Part shown: piece after piece, positions 62,973 to 64,000 of the stretch
Layout of the letters: the number at the start of each line of letters is the position of its first letter
Position numbering within the stretch: position 1 is the stretch's first letter
Source: Haliotis rufescens
Lineage: Eukaryota
Assembly: GCF_023055435.1 (NCBI RefSeq)
Contig: NW_025964358.1
Location: 1,550,001 to 1,614,000, forward strand
Direction: 5' to 3'
DNA: 64,000 nt
The notes under the pieces: generated by a model
Database searches by the model: none
Told to the model about the DNA's origin: nothing
The model's input: the letters and a program-made list of their open reading frames with translations, nothing else
Made by a program: the position numbers and the translations under genes

Positions 62973-63674
62973 AGTAAGACTACAAGTATTTTTGCACCAT
63001 GGTTATTAAGTTGTAGTACATAGCAGGGCCATTGTGCAGAAGATAAGATAATGCAGCAATCCAATCGAGCAATGTTCCACGTTTTTTCACAGTAGTAAGA
63101 TTAAATGGAACTGAAAGACGATTGTCTCCCATGCCGTTTGGGAATTGCTTATTAACCAGTTATCGTTACACGTAATTGTACTGCGGTCATGTGGTTACAA
63201 TGTAACTGGCGATACATCTTGATGTCTTTGTTGCGTGAGAAGAAGTCACTGGATACTCCCTGCGACGTCAGTGACAGCGGGGAACAGCTACTGACGGTGT
63301 AGTTTTTGGAAGATAGGGAGACAAGGCACTGACATGCCGCCAAACTGGGGCCAAGGATAACGGATTCGCGAGAACAACTTTATTTTGATTACATGGTTGT
63401 ATACAGTCGTTTACCGTTGCATGCGACAGGTAACCGACCCAGGCGGTGCCCCTGGCCACGTGGACGATGACATCCTCTACGACGGTAGCAGACTTGCTTC
63501 ATCATGGGTGCATATTCAGGGGGACACAGGTGGCCCAGTCGCCTGAGGTAGCGTAATTCGATGTGCAGGGTTGCGTGGTCCATGGGAATTTCGGGTTAGA
63601 ACAGGTCACTGGTCTCATGCCCTTTGACAAGCAATGTCATATACCATATCTCCACTGATGTATCACGCCCCGTG

Positions 63675-64000
63675 TACAATTCTGTAAGGACACGACGATC
63701 ATTAAGCTACAGTTCTCTGCGGGACACAACTATCATTAAGCTACAGTTCTGTTAGGACACGACGACCATTAAGCTACAATTCTGTTGGGACACGACGATC
63801 TTTAAGCTACAATTCTGTCGGACACGACGATCATTAAGTTACAGTTCTGTTAGGGACACGACGATCATTAAGCTACAGTTCTATTGGGACACGACGATCT
63901 TTAAGCTACAATTCTGTCGGACACAACGATCATTAAGCTACAATTCTGTTGGGACACGACGATCTTTAAGCTACAATTCTGTCGGACACGACGATCATTA
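63675..64000. repeat. ~33-bp minisatellite (GGACACGACGATCATTAAGCTACAGTTCTGTT), runs off the window end
   Basis: Direct tandem repetition. Confidence 0.9.

Overview
Eukaryotic, repeat-rich animal genomic DNA. The SINE types suggest a gastropod mollusc, possibly abalone; this is inference only. Two genes are partly visible, both on the + strand. (1) The 3' three exons of a coiled-coil + B30.2/SPRY-like protein (26-95, 288-338, 5860-6515; splice phases agree). (2) The first coding exon (59041-59598) of a NALCN channel auxiliary factor (NALF/FAM155/NLF-1/Mid1 family), whose later exons I could not find in the window. About 20 unrelated minisatellite arrays cover roughly 25 kb and explain nearly all long ORFs in the track. 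There are also four dispersed SINE-like families (A-D), a 5'-truncated LINE, and hAT- and Harbinger-like MITEs. The four families share a covarying 3' stem-loop and ~13-bp target-site duplications (TSDs). The best candidate for something new is family A: a ~270-bp retroposon with no tRNA head, whose uniform 5' end folds into a compact pseudoknot with a copy-number-variable hairpin module (candidate ribozyme or structured RNA). No CRISPR array, rRNA or intact tRNA gene was seen.
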